A DNA stretch of 64,000 nucleotides from Octopus vulgaris (GCA_951406725.2 OX597823.1:112282001-112346000); one strand, 5' to 3'; shown: positions 13,878-26,645, counted from the stretch's first letter. Notes: generated by a model not told the origin, from the sequence alone. Made by a program: numbers and translations.

Positions 13878-13887
13878 ATGATTGCAT
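11857..13887 (-). CDS. Reverse transcriptase + CCHC knuckle + restriction-like endonuclease (R4/Dong clade), N-terminally truncated, 676 aa
   Basis: [86 protein letters not shown]. No stops. Confidence 0.92.
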
Positions 13888-14059
13888 TTTTCAATTAAAT
13901 GGAGCCACTTGTAGTGCATCACTACTTGATATCCTGTTGCTTATTTTGATTATATATACATATATATATAAATCTGCACCTATGTGTGAGTGTGCTTCTG
14001 TATGTATGAGCTTGTGTTTTTTACGATTAAACTATTTTAAAACTGGTGATGTAGTTAAT
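13878..14059 (-). repeat. Inverted copy of local genomic segment 16607-16788
   Basis: 182-bp reverse-complement match with roughly 7 substitutions and small indels. Confidence 0.92.
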
Positions 14060-14106
14060 TATTATTATCATTATTATTATTATTGTTATCATTATTATTA
14101 TTATTA

Positions 14107-14137
<31 letters not shown>

Positions 14138-14271
14138 CATTATTATTATTATTATTATCATTATTATTATTATTATCATTATTATTATTATTATTATTAT
14201 TATCATTATTATTATCATTATTATTATTATTATTATCATTATTATTATTATTATCATTATTATTATTATTA

Positions 14272-14359
<88 letters not shown>

Positions 14360-14436
14360 CATTATTATTATTATTATTATCATTATTATTATTATTATCA
14401 TTATTATTATTATTATTATCATTATTATTATTATTA

Positions 14437-14479
<43 letters not shown>

Positions 14480-14496
14480 CATTATTATTATTATTA

Positions 14497-14551
<55 letters not shown>

Positions 14552-14658
14552 CATTATTATTATTATTATCATTATTATTATCATTATTATTATTATTATT
14601 ATCATTATTATTATTATTATCATTATTATTATTATTATTATCATTATTATTATTATTA

Positions 14659-14707
<49 letters not shown>

Positions 14708-14751
14708 CATTATTATTATTATTATTATTATTATCATTATTATTATTATTA

Positions 14752-14782
<31 letters not shown>

Positions 14783-14799
14783 CATTATTATTATTATTA

Positions 14800-14872
<73 letters not shown>

Positions 14873-15051
14873 CATTATTATTATTATTATTATCATTATT
14901 ATTATTATTATCATTATTATTATTATTATTATCATTATTATTATTATTATCATTATTATTATCATTATTATTATTATTATTATCATTATTATTATTATTA
15001 TTATCATTATTATTATTATCATTATTATTATTATTATTATCATTATTATTA

Positions 15052-15096
<45 letters not shown>
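14060..15096. repeat. (ATT)n array, ~1 kb, ATC interruptions
   Basis: Direct reading. Confidence 0.97.
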
Positions 15097-15097
<1 letters not shown>

Positions 15098-15473
15098 CTC
15101 TCTCTATATAAAGCTGAAGTTGTCTGTGTATGGCAGGTTTGGTAGCCTTCAACTAATACTATCTCCTCCGAGACCCTGCAGCGCAAGTTGACCAAAATTG
15201 AGAGTATGATAGAAGAAGGCTTGCTCTTCCTTCCGTAAAAGAAAAAATTCAAATCGGACCATGTTAACATAAAAAATTATTTACATCAAAAAGGTGCTTT
15301 TTTTTCTATGAAAATCCTTATTTTTTACGATTTTTTTTACTGCCGTATTTTACTGCCATTTTTCAGTGTATTTCAACCAGAAAAATGAGAATAACAAGCT
15401 ACATAAGGCTGAATTTTTACTTTTCAAAAATTCCAATTCTAAAGGGTCGAAACAAACCCGAGCATATTGCTAG
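15097..15473 (+). mobile_element. Non-autonomous Helitron
   Basis: A|TC 5' end (TCTCTCTCTATATAAAGCTGAAG), CTAG 3' end; subterminal hairpin partly deleted relative to the copy at 38981-39372. Confidence 0.75.
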
Positions 15474-16239
15474 CTATTGATATAATCATCATCATCTATA
15501 CATTAGTACAATAGTACATTCTTACCTACCTACTTTTGTGTAATGCTGTGAGAAGTAAGGAAACAGAATAAGAAATAAATAAATAATTATGGTAGCAGTG
15601 ATGATGCTGGAGGAGGTATTGTCAGTGTGATATTAGTGTTATTAATGATAAATGGCAAAAATACAGAGAGAAAGTGAAAGTGAAAATAGGAGAGAAAAAT
15701 AGAAAGGCGAAGGCAGAGAATATTAAGCAAAGTTTGTAATGTCCTTGCATCTAATTTTCTCATTCTTTTCTGTCCTTGCCATCTCTCCCTCTCTCCCTCT
15801 CTACCTTTCCCTCACTCTTCCTTTCTCTCTCTCCCTCTCTCTCATTCACTCACTCTCTCTCTCTCTCATTTGTTTGAAGTGTTTTTTGACTTATATCTTT
15901 AGTATATAAAATAATTTTCCCAACAAGAATGAAAAACTGCTAAGATCTATATATGTGTAGGTCTATATATTTATGCATGTCAATATGCATATATGTATGT
16001 GTGTCTACGTGTGTGTGTATTGTGTGTGTATGCATCAATTTAAATACTTATGTAAAAGCTTATTCGGAATATAGCCTAGTTGTATACTTCATAAGGTAAC
16101 CATTTTAATATAATATGAATAAATAAAATATGGTATTTATTTAAACTTATACTGCTTGTTGGATCATGGCCATGCTGGGGCACTACCATCAAGAGCTTAG
16201 TCAAGTTTATTGACCTTAGTTATTACTTTTAATATTGGT

Positions 16240-16560
16240 ACATGCCAGTGGCACATAAAAAGCACCATCTGAGCATAGCCGATGCCAGCGCCGCCTTGAC
16301 TAGCTTCCATGCCGGTGGCACGTAAAAAGCACCAACTGATCGTGGCTGCTGCCAGCCTCCTCTGGCACCTGTGCCAGTGGCACGTAAAAAGCACCCACTA
16401 CACTCACGGAGTGGTTGGCATTAGGAAGGGCATCCATCTGTAGAAACACTGCCAGATCAGACTGGAGCCTGGTGCAGCTTCCTGGGTTCCCAGAACCCTG
16501 TCGAACCGTCCAACCCATACTAGCATGGAAAACGGACGTTAAAAGATGATGATGATGATG
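16240..16560 (+). mobile_element. RTE-clade LINE 3' UTR fragment
   Basis: Family homology, (GAT)n tail. Confidence 0.8.
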
Positions 16561-16831
16561 TACCTCTTTTATCAATGTGAATTTTCAAACTACTGTATTT
16601 CAGTACATTAACTACATCACCAGTTTTAAAATAGTTTAATCATAAAAAAAACATGCTCATACATACAGAAGCACACTCACACATAGGTGCAGATTTATAT
16701 ATATATGCATATATAGTCAAAATAAGCAACAGGATATCAAGTAGTGATGCAGTACAAGTGGCTACATTTAATTGAAAAATGCAATCATTACATCAATTCA
16801 AATGCAGTGCCATCATCAGCTGCACAAGTAT

Positions 16832-16884
<53 letters not shown>

Positions 16885-16935
16885 AATAAATGAAAAGAAT
16901 GGAGTTGAACGAAGATTTTAACAAAATTCCTTTAC

Positions 16936-17016
16936 TTTCGACGTATATTTCGAAGACTGCACACTCTTAATTCTGAAGGAATAAAGGTTGCTTTATGCCG
17001 TCTTCTCATCAGGAAA
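16936..17016 (-). ncRNA. Type-I hammerhead ribozyme motif (long stem II)
   Basis: UUUC-CUGAUGA-GAAGAC..GUCUUC-GAAA-U-AUAC-GUC-GAAA: stem I 4 bp, stem II 6 bp, GUC cleavage triplet. Confidence 0.8.
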
Positions 17017-17056
17017 TACAAGGAACCTCTATCAGCCTCAAGACTATTGCTATTCT

Positions 17057-17106
<50 letters not shown>

Positions 17107-17141
17107 CCAAAAAGTATACTATTAAATATCCATCATAGCTG

Positions 17142-17224
17142 ATCTTACCAATCAGTTTCACATAAAGAATACAATGGAGTGTTAGGTAGCAGCCCAGTTA
17201 TATAACTTTATGCTCATCAGAGTT
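17142..17224 (-). ncRNA. Type-I hammerhead ribozyme motif
   Basis: AACU-CUGAUGA-GCAUAAAG..CUUUAUGU-GAAAC-UGAUUG-GUA-AGAU; 8-bp stem II, imperfect stem I. Confidence 0.7.
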
Positions 17225-17321
17225 TGCCAATGTGGTAGGGAATATGGTGGCTGCTGTCTATTGTCGGAGGTGGATTAGCACAACTGGCCAGCAGCTGCTA
17301 CAGGTATGAAACACTTACATT

Positions 17322-17375
17322 CAGGACTCTGAGTTTCTGGGCAAACAATTCAATGAACGTTACACTTCATCAGCA
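17322..17375 (-). ncRNA. Degenerate type-I hammerhead motif
   Basis: CUGAUGA..GAAACUCAGAGUC (ACUC/GAGU stem III); stems I and II decayed. Confidence 0.5.
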
Positions 17376-17604
17376 TTTGTAAGTTTAATGCATGCTTACA
17401 GCATCCTTAACACAAGAGTAAACACCATCCATGAAAAAACCTTTGCCACTGAATTAATGATTGTAGAAGAGGAACAACTCTTCTAATCTTGTTAGTAAGA
17501 TCTTGACTTAAAACCTTGCTAATCATTTGTGTGGTTACAATTAAAATAAGATATATAATAGAACTGAAGAAAAACATATTACTAAATAGACTTCAAGATC
17601 TTTT

Positions 17605-18145
<541 letters not shown>

Positions 18146-18395
18146 AAATATGAATAGATACTTAAAAATAGATTATCAATATTAAAAATAATGATCAAAG
18201 TTTACAACTGAAAATAAATTATTGAAAATTAATATGAAGATATTGAAGTAATGATTTCAAAAATTAAAAATTAAATTTTAAAATTATTTTAAATATCAAA
18301 AATATAAATCTTTGATTTAAAATTTTTAACCTAATTTTTTATCCTTTTTTTATTTTCAATTTTTATTTTTGATCTTTGATTTTTAAACTTCTAGG

Positions 18396-18595
18396 TTTTC
18401 TGAAGAAAATTTTGAATTTTTTAAATTTTGATTTTTAATTAAAAATTCCAATCAAATTACAGTTTTCAAAATAATCATAGAATGTCTATGGATGTTGTTT
18501 TTCTGAAGAAAATTTTGAATTTTTTAAATTTTAATTTTTAATTAAAAATTCCAATCAAATTACAGCTTTCAAAATAATCATAGAATGTCTATGGA
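18396..18595 (+). repeat. Tandem duplication of a ~100-bp AT-rich unit
   Basis: TTTTCTGAAGAAAATTTTGAA...CATAGAATGTCTATGGA occurs twice. Confidence 0.9.
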
Positions 18596-18614
18596 AGTTT
18601 TTATTAGAGTAGAG

Positions 18615-18812
18615 ATGATGAGCTGGCAAAATTATTAGCACATTGAGCAAAATGCTTAGCAGCATTTCTTCTGTCTCTTCATGTTCTGAGTTCAAATCCT
18701 GCTGCAGTCAACTTTGTCTTTCATTCTTTTGGGATCAATAAAAGAAGGTATCAGTTAAGTACTGGAATTGATGTAATCAACTTTGCCTCTCCCTCTAAAA
18801 TTGCTGTCCTTG
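18615..18812 (+). mobile_element. tRNA-SINE family C, degenerate
   Basis: Homologous to 53527-53932 (GAGCTGGCA...GAGTTCAAAT...CTTTCATTCTTT). Confidence 0.65.
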
Positions 18813-18823
18813 TGAGAAAAACC

Positions 18824-19455
18824 ATGCCTAGAAGGAAAGTGTCAAATTTGTCTACAATGTCAGGTTCAACCAAAAGAATGCCTATGTCCAGGGAAAGTGA
18901 GAGACAGCCACAGAAAGGGAATCATCCCAAGAAACGAACAGACTGTGCACTACAATAGCCAGAACATCTCAAAGTGATGAACAGAGATATGCATGACTGA
19001 CAAGGAATAGGATCTCCACTGCAGAATGAAGAGCAGCTGTGACAGCTCAGAAACGCGACTTCTATGAAGCAGCTTTCAATTATGATCCAGCAGTTCATTA
19101 TGCAGATGATACTAGAGTTTCCATTGGTGCAATGACAACTGAATGCATGCATTGTAAAGCAAAGAAATGGTCTGGAGAGACACCTGCACTGTGGTGCAAT
19201 TGGGGAAAGGTTAAACTCTCTGCAATCCACCTACCTCCAGAGCCATTGAAGAATCTGTTATCATCAACTGACAGAGTTTCCAGGCAGTTCCAAAAAAACA
19301 AATTAGACAATACAATGCTGCACTAAAGATGACATCGTTTGGATCCACAAGAGATGTAACTGAGCCAAGATTCAAGGAAAACTTCAAGATCCAAGGTCAG
19401 ATTTATCATCGGGTTGGCTCTCTCCTACCTCTGTCAAATGAATCACCAAAATTGG
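18824..19455 (+). pseudogene. Helitron Rep/helicase N-terminal fragment (Zn-finger region), frameshifted
   Basis: AFNYDP..IGAM..ECMHCKAKKWSGE..C..GKVKL..PPEPL, then in another frame YNAALKMTSFG..FKIQGQIYHRVGSLLP. Confidence 0.85.
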
Positions 19456-19733
19456 CCTTTCATTGTTTGTAATCTGTACCTGTTTTTTGTTACGAAATAA
19501 GCTACACAAAACGTGTTTTTGAATTATGTTTTATTTACATTATATACATATATGTGATGAAAACTTTTTTTAACATTTCACTTAGCGTCTTTGTTCCATG
19601 CTGGCATGGTTTGGAGAGTTACTAATGTAGAAAGTTGGTATCTCAGCTTCTAGCAGTTGGGTATTTCTGCTAGTGTATATGTGTGTGTGTATGCATGTGT
19701 GTGTGTGTGCATGTATATATATATATATACATG

Positions 19734-20960
19734 CAGTATCTCACAGAAGTATATACACTCCTAAAAAATTTCAGTAAAATTGCCATTATTGTGATATTAT
19801 CTAAGGCAATCAAATGAAATTTTTACTGAATAAAATATATCATACATGAAATCACCATACAAAATTGGAACACAAAACAATAAAAAGTTTAAAAGATATG
19901 GACAAAATATTAATTTTCAAACGTTACAAAATTATGTACACCCTCTCAAGCTTCTTTGATAACGTCCAGGTTTCTGAGCTATAAAGTAGAATTGGTTCGA
20001 CTGTGGCTTAGATTTGATGACCAGATCTTATGCATATCTTTTGTTAGTGGAAAGAGTGTATCCACCCAAACAGTTCACCGAAGTTTGAACCAGTGTGGTC
20101 TTCATGGATGCATTCCTCGTAGGAAGCCTTTCTTCAATACAAGGCCTAAATCAAGTCGTCTTTGTTTTTTTGTCGAAACCTCTGTGAGTAAGGGGAGAGC
20201 ATTTTGGAATAAAATTCTTTTTTTCTGACAAGACTAAAATTCATTTTGTTTTGGGTATTAAATGAGTATGACGATGACCAGGTGAAGATAATAGCGACAA
20301 ATACACCGTGTCTGCCATGAAACACAGCAGCAGAAGTGTTATGCTTTGGCGATTCAATAGATTCAAGGCTTTATTGTAACATTTTGCAGAAAACAATGTT
20401 GAAAAGCATCGAGAAACTAGGAAAACATTTCATGTTCCAACATGATAATAGCCCTAAATACACTTCAAAGATGGTGATTAAGTTTTTGCCAGATTTTTAA
20501 GGTAAAGGTATTGCCATGGCTCACCATGTCACCTGATTTAAACCCGATAGAACATCTGTGGGATGTTTTGAAAAGGAAGGTTGAGGAGAAAATCCCTACA
20601 ATGTAACAGTTGAAAGACATCATTCAGGATGAATGGAGGTCGATTTCATCAATTGTATGTGGAAATTTAATCAACTCTACGCCCAGAAGACTTAATGCAG
20701 TCATTGAAAGCAAGGGCAGTTGTACCAAATATTGAATGTAACAAATAATCCTTTAAGGTTTACGTATTTTTGTAACCTTTGAAAATTGATATTTTCTTCA
20801 TATCTTTGAAAATATTATTTTGTGTTCCAAATTTGTATAATGTTTGCATGTATAATATATTTTATTCATTATTAATTTCGTTTGATTTGCTTCAATATCA
20901 TCAGAGTAATGACAATTTCACTGAAATTTTTAGGGGTGTACATACTTCTGTGAGATACTG
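19734..20960 (+). mobile_element. Internally deleted Tc1-family transposon with ~210-bp IR/DR-type TIRs
   Basis: TIR CAGTATCTCACAGAAGTAT / ATACTTCTGTGAGATACTG|TA. Transposase remnants TVHRSLNQCGLHGCIPRRKP, FQHDNSPKYTS, SPDLNPIEHLW, PRRLNAVIESKG..TKY*. Confidence 0.9.
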
Positions 20961-21197
20961 TACACATATATATAAACAAAATTCAATAGGGTATTTTAAT
21001 ACCCTATTGAATTTTGTTTATATATATATATGTATATATATATGAGGGAATATTATTCCAAACTTACAGGAAAAAATTCAATATAGAAACACTAAATCAA
21101 ATTTCACAAAATATAATATATAATATTATATTTTGTATAATTTAATTTTTCCTTATTGAATTGATAAAAGGTGTTTGTCTTTTCTAATTTATATATA

Positions 21198-21280
21198 TAT
21201 CATCATCATCATCGTTTAACGTCCGCTTTCCATGCTAGCATGGGTTGGACGATTTTGACTGAGGGCTGGCGAACCAGATG
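21198..21280 (-). mobile_element. Short RTE 3' end
   Basis: CATCATCGTTTAACGTCCGCTTTCCATGCTAGCATGG. Confidence 0.8.
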
Positions 21281-21374
21281 TATGCATGTATGTATGTATG
21301 TATGTATGTATGTATATATGTATGTATGTATGTATGTATATATATATATATGTATGCATATATATATATGTATG

Positions 21375-21408
<34 letters not shown>

Positions 21409-22239
21409 TGTATGTATGTATATATTGTAGTTGAATGCTTGAAATGAGGAGTAGGTAGACAGCCGACAACTGATGAAGGGTCCCTTCTCTGCGTTTAATT
21501 GTCCTGTTTTTACACATCTCATGTTGTTTGCGTAGTTGGTAAGTTTGTCTTAATAATTTTGATGTGTCTCTGTCCTGTACGGTTTTCTCTCTCTTCCTTT
21601 CTTTAATTCTATTTTTTACCCTTCTCCCCCTTTCATTTTTTCTCTAATTCAGTTTTTCTTTCCTTCACCATTTTCTATCTGTCCCTCTCTCCCTTCCTTT
21701 TCCTCTTTTACTCTCTCATTACTCACACATGACCATCGTCCATCTTTCTTTTTCTCACCTGATCATCTTTCTTTTCTTTCAGTCTATGGCACAGATCAGA
21801 TGCATTCTTGTCTGTCTCCTCTCCTATCTTTTCTTCTGTCAAAGATTGTTCCTCCAGCATTTGCCATCTTGCTTCATATGGCCTACCGGCCCTCAGTGTT
21901 TCTTTTCACTGTCCTGTTTTTGTTACCAACTTTGACCCTCCGCAAATCCCAAATTTTATTTTGGTTCACAGGAGCAACTGTTTTCTCAAAGGCACATATT
22001 GTCATGAATTGCTCGAAATGTGGAGTAAATGAATAGCCGACAACTGATGAAGGGTCGTTCTTTATGTTACCTGTATTGTTTTCCATTTTTTCTTTCATTG
22101 TTCACATTCAAAGGTTTGTCTTCATATTTCACATTTTCATATTTCGTTTTGCATGTTGTTTACGTTTTGTGACGTCCTGTACCCATATATAGATGTATAT
22201 ATACATATATATGCATATATATTTGTATGTATATATATG

Positions 22240-22555
22240 CATCATCATCATCGTTTAACGCCCTCTTTCCATGCTAGCATGGGTTGGACGATTTGACTGA
22301 GGTCTGGCGAACCAGATGGCTGCACCAGACTCCAATCTGATCTGGCAGAGTTTCTACAGATGGATGCCCTTCCTCATGCCAACCACTCTGAGAGTGTAGT
22401 GGCTGCTTTTATATGCCCCCAGCACGAGGGCTAGTTAGGTGGTACTGGCATCGGCCACGATCAAATGATGCTTTTCATGTGCCACCTGCACAGGAGCTAG
22501 TCCAGAAGCACTGGCAATGACCTCGCTCGAATGTTTTTTTTCACATGCCACCAGC
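22240..22555 (-). mobile_element. RTE 3' UTR fragment
   Basis: Family homology. Confidence 0.8.
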
Positions 22556-22620
22556 ACATATGCATATATGTATATATACATATATATGTATTTATATGTA
22601 TATATGCATATATATGTATC

Positions 22621-22717
<97 letters not shown>

Positions 22718-22825
22718 CATGTATGTATAATATATGCATATATATAATGTATAAACAATGCCTTTTTCTGCTTATACTTTATTGAAATACTCCTAAATGA
22801 AGCAATTCAAAGATTGCAACTGAAC

Positions 22826-23090
22826 TGAAAAAAGCCTATCGTATATATGTATATATATATATGTATGTGTGTGTGTTTGTGTCTCTGTTTGTCCCCCTAG
22901 CATTACTTGACAACCGATGCTGGTGTGTTTACGTCCCCGTCACTTAGCAGTTTGGCAAAAAGAGACTGATAGAATAAGTACTGGGCTTACAAAGAATAAG
23001 TCCCGGGGCCGATGTGCTCGACTAAAGGCAGTGCTCCAGCATGGCTGCAGTCAAATGACTGAAACAAGTAAAAGAAGTAAAAGAAGTAAT
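22826..23090 (+). mobile_element. 5'-truncated SINE family A flanked by a ~100-bp direct repeat
   Basis: Family tail; flanks 22725-22825 and 23111-23216 are near-identical. Confidence 0.8.
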
Positions 23091-23626
23091 ATATATATGT
23101 ATGTATATATGTATAATATATGCATATATATAATGTATAAACAATGCTTTCCTTTTTCTGCTTTATACTTTATTGAAATACTCCTAAATGAAGCAATTCA
23201 AAGATTGCAACTAAACGCCAGTCCATCATCACAACCACTATATACACCACCACCACCACCACCACCACCACCACCACCACCAACTGCCACCACCACCGCT
23301 GCCCCCACATGTCCCCAACAGTTTACGTCTGTGACCTTGATAATAAGAAAATATGCATGCTTATATATATATATATATCTGCGAGGATTCCTGACAAGAT
23401 CCTTATCAATAGAAGGTTTCCAATAAGAGTGAGATAAGCACACGTACGTACATATATATGTATGTATGTGCGTTTGTATGTATGCATGCTTATATAAATC
23501 GCATAGCCAAATATATATATAACATTCATAGCATGGTAAATATACATACATGCATAAGCACACACACATATACATACACATACATACACACACATACATA
23601 TATATGTGTGTGTATAGATATGCATG

Positions 23627-23667
<41 letters not shown>

Positions 23668-23779
23668 TGAAAGAAAGAGTGAGATAAGCACACGTACGTA
23701 CATATATATGTATGTATGTGCGTTTGTATGTATGCATGCTTATATATATGTATACATTGAAAGAAAGAGTGAGTGAGAG

Positions 23780-23823
<44 letters not shown>

Positions 23824-24742
23824 ACATGCACACAAGTTTGTGAATATTTATTGAAATATAGTCTATTATTTTTAGTGTCTATTAGTTAAATGTAACTTCT
23901 TCATAATGAGGCTTATAGAGATGGGACACAAACACACACACATACACACACACACACACACATGCACACACACACATATATAGAGAGAGAGAAAGAAAGA
24001 ACACACACATACATACTTATTAATATGTGTAGTTATGCTTGTCTTTACATGAATGCATGCATACCTATATATATTTTCATATCTGTGTATATCTACTTGT
24101 AATTGTATATATATACATACCATGTTCTGTATATATCGTTGTATATATGGTATCTCTTTATATGTAGATGCATATTTGTATGTATGCATATATGTATGGG
24201 CAAATAGGAATTATAATGATGATATGAAATACAAATAAGAAAATAACAATATATCCAAATAGAAATAGCTTATCAATATTTTTATCTTTGAGTCTTTGGT
24301 GCGTTCCTCCTTGATATGCGTTCATTTGTATTTTTGTATGTGGCTAAGAGGATTTCTGTGTATGTGTGTGTCAGTGTTGAAGGAGGGTGGTGTGTATATG
24401 TGTGTGAGTAAATATGCATGTGGATTTGTGTCTTGATGAGTTGGTATGCTTCCTTTGTATTCAGATGCAAATATAATTTTCATGTTTGTATTCATACATA
24501 TATATGTAAATATGTGTGTGTGTGTGTATTATATATGTATATGTAATGTAAATGTATGTATGTATGTATATGTAAATATATGTAAGTATATTTATATACA
24601 TATGTATATGTATATGAATATATATATATGTATGTATGTATGTATGCATGTATATATAAATATATGTAAGTATATTTATATACATATATATGTATATGTA
24701 AATATATGTATATATGTGTGTGTGTGCTCATGTGTGTCTGTG

Positions 24743-24776
<34 letters not shown>

Positions 24777-24815
24777 AATTTATACACAGACACACACTTA
24801 CACATACACACACAT

Positions 24816-24863
<48 letters not shown>

Positions 24864-25498
24864 ATGTCTGTGTATGTCCATATTTTAGAAGGCAATTTGA
24901 CTTTCAGCCAAATGAGGACAAAACAGACATTCTCAGTTTTCTTACGCAGACATGGAACAATTACCCGAATGTCAATCAGAAAGTCCACATCACAGAGGTT
25001 TGACATCATAGAAATTTGTGTCTCTGCCACACCAAACTCAATGCTGAGCTGAAATCTAAAACAACAAGGAAAAACCTGCAAATATGCTGTCACTAAACCA
25101 CATTTACGGGCAATTCATCAAAGTCACACGCTCATTGTTAGTTTTTTAAACTGTGTCATGGCCATTATACATACAGTATGATGGTTATGGAGAGTTCATA
25201 CACCTGCTTCGTCAAGAGTCACTGATGCTAAACGACAATGGCCATGGGGAAGTTATATTTCAGTTATCAATGTGAAACTCAATGGTTTTATGAAAGAAAA
25301 ATTACCAAGCAAGCCTTGATTTTCAAGGAAGAGCTTATGGTGTGGTTGTAATGTCAATTGACATTTATTCTTCATCAGTGACTGCAGAAGATTTGCCTTT
25401 GAAGTTGAAATATGTTACTAATCTGAAGTTTGCTTATGCCAAAATACTGCTTGCTGATGAATATATTACATATATATTAGCAGCGACTCCAGCTAAGA

Positions 25499-25535
25499 AT
25501 ATCTGAAGAAGGAATATTATTCCGAAATATCATAT
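25499..25535 (+). ncRNA. Minimal (stem-III-less) hammerhead motif of Penelope-like type
   Basis: AUAU-CUGAAGA-A-GGAAU-AUU-AUUCC-GAAAUAUC-AUAU. Confidence 0.6.
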
Positions 25536-25665
25536 CAGTCTATGGATAACGAAATTACAACAGATATAGAGCCCATTGTCTGTATTATAGTGCATTGTTG
25601 TACCATTCAAAACTTTTTATTCTCTTTAAACAATACACAATGCTTCAAGCAAACTACAATACTCT

Positions 25666-25713
<48 letters not shown>

Positions 25714-25749
25714 CACCAGAATTTAGTACGGTATTATCCATACAATTTC

Positions 25750-26193
<444 letters not shown>

Positions 26194-26238
26194 GTATATG
26201 TGTATATATATATATGTATATGTGTATATATATATATA

Positions 26239-26269
<31 letters not shown>

Positions 26270-26613
26270 GTATATGTGTATATATATATATATATATAAT
26301 GTATATGTGTGTATATATATATATATGTATATGTGTGTGTGTGTATATATATATATGTATATGTGTGTGTGTATATATATATATGTATATGTGTGTGTGT
26401 ATATATATATATGTATATGTGTGTGTATATATATGTATATGTGTGTGTGTATATATATATGTATATGTGTGTGTGTATATATATATATATGTATATATGT
26501 GTGTGTATATGTATATATGTGTGTGTATGTGTATATATGTGTATATATGTGTGTGTATATGTATATATGTGTGTGTATATGTATATATGTGTGTGTATAT
26601 ATATATATGCTTG

Positions 26614-26645
<32 letters not shown>

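Noticed and set aside
9967-15152. Poly-I/L/N/Y ORFs of 180-400 aa
   Set aside because: Translations of (ATT)n arrays; no coding signature.
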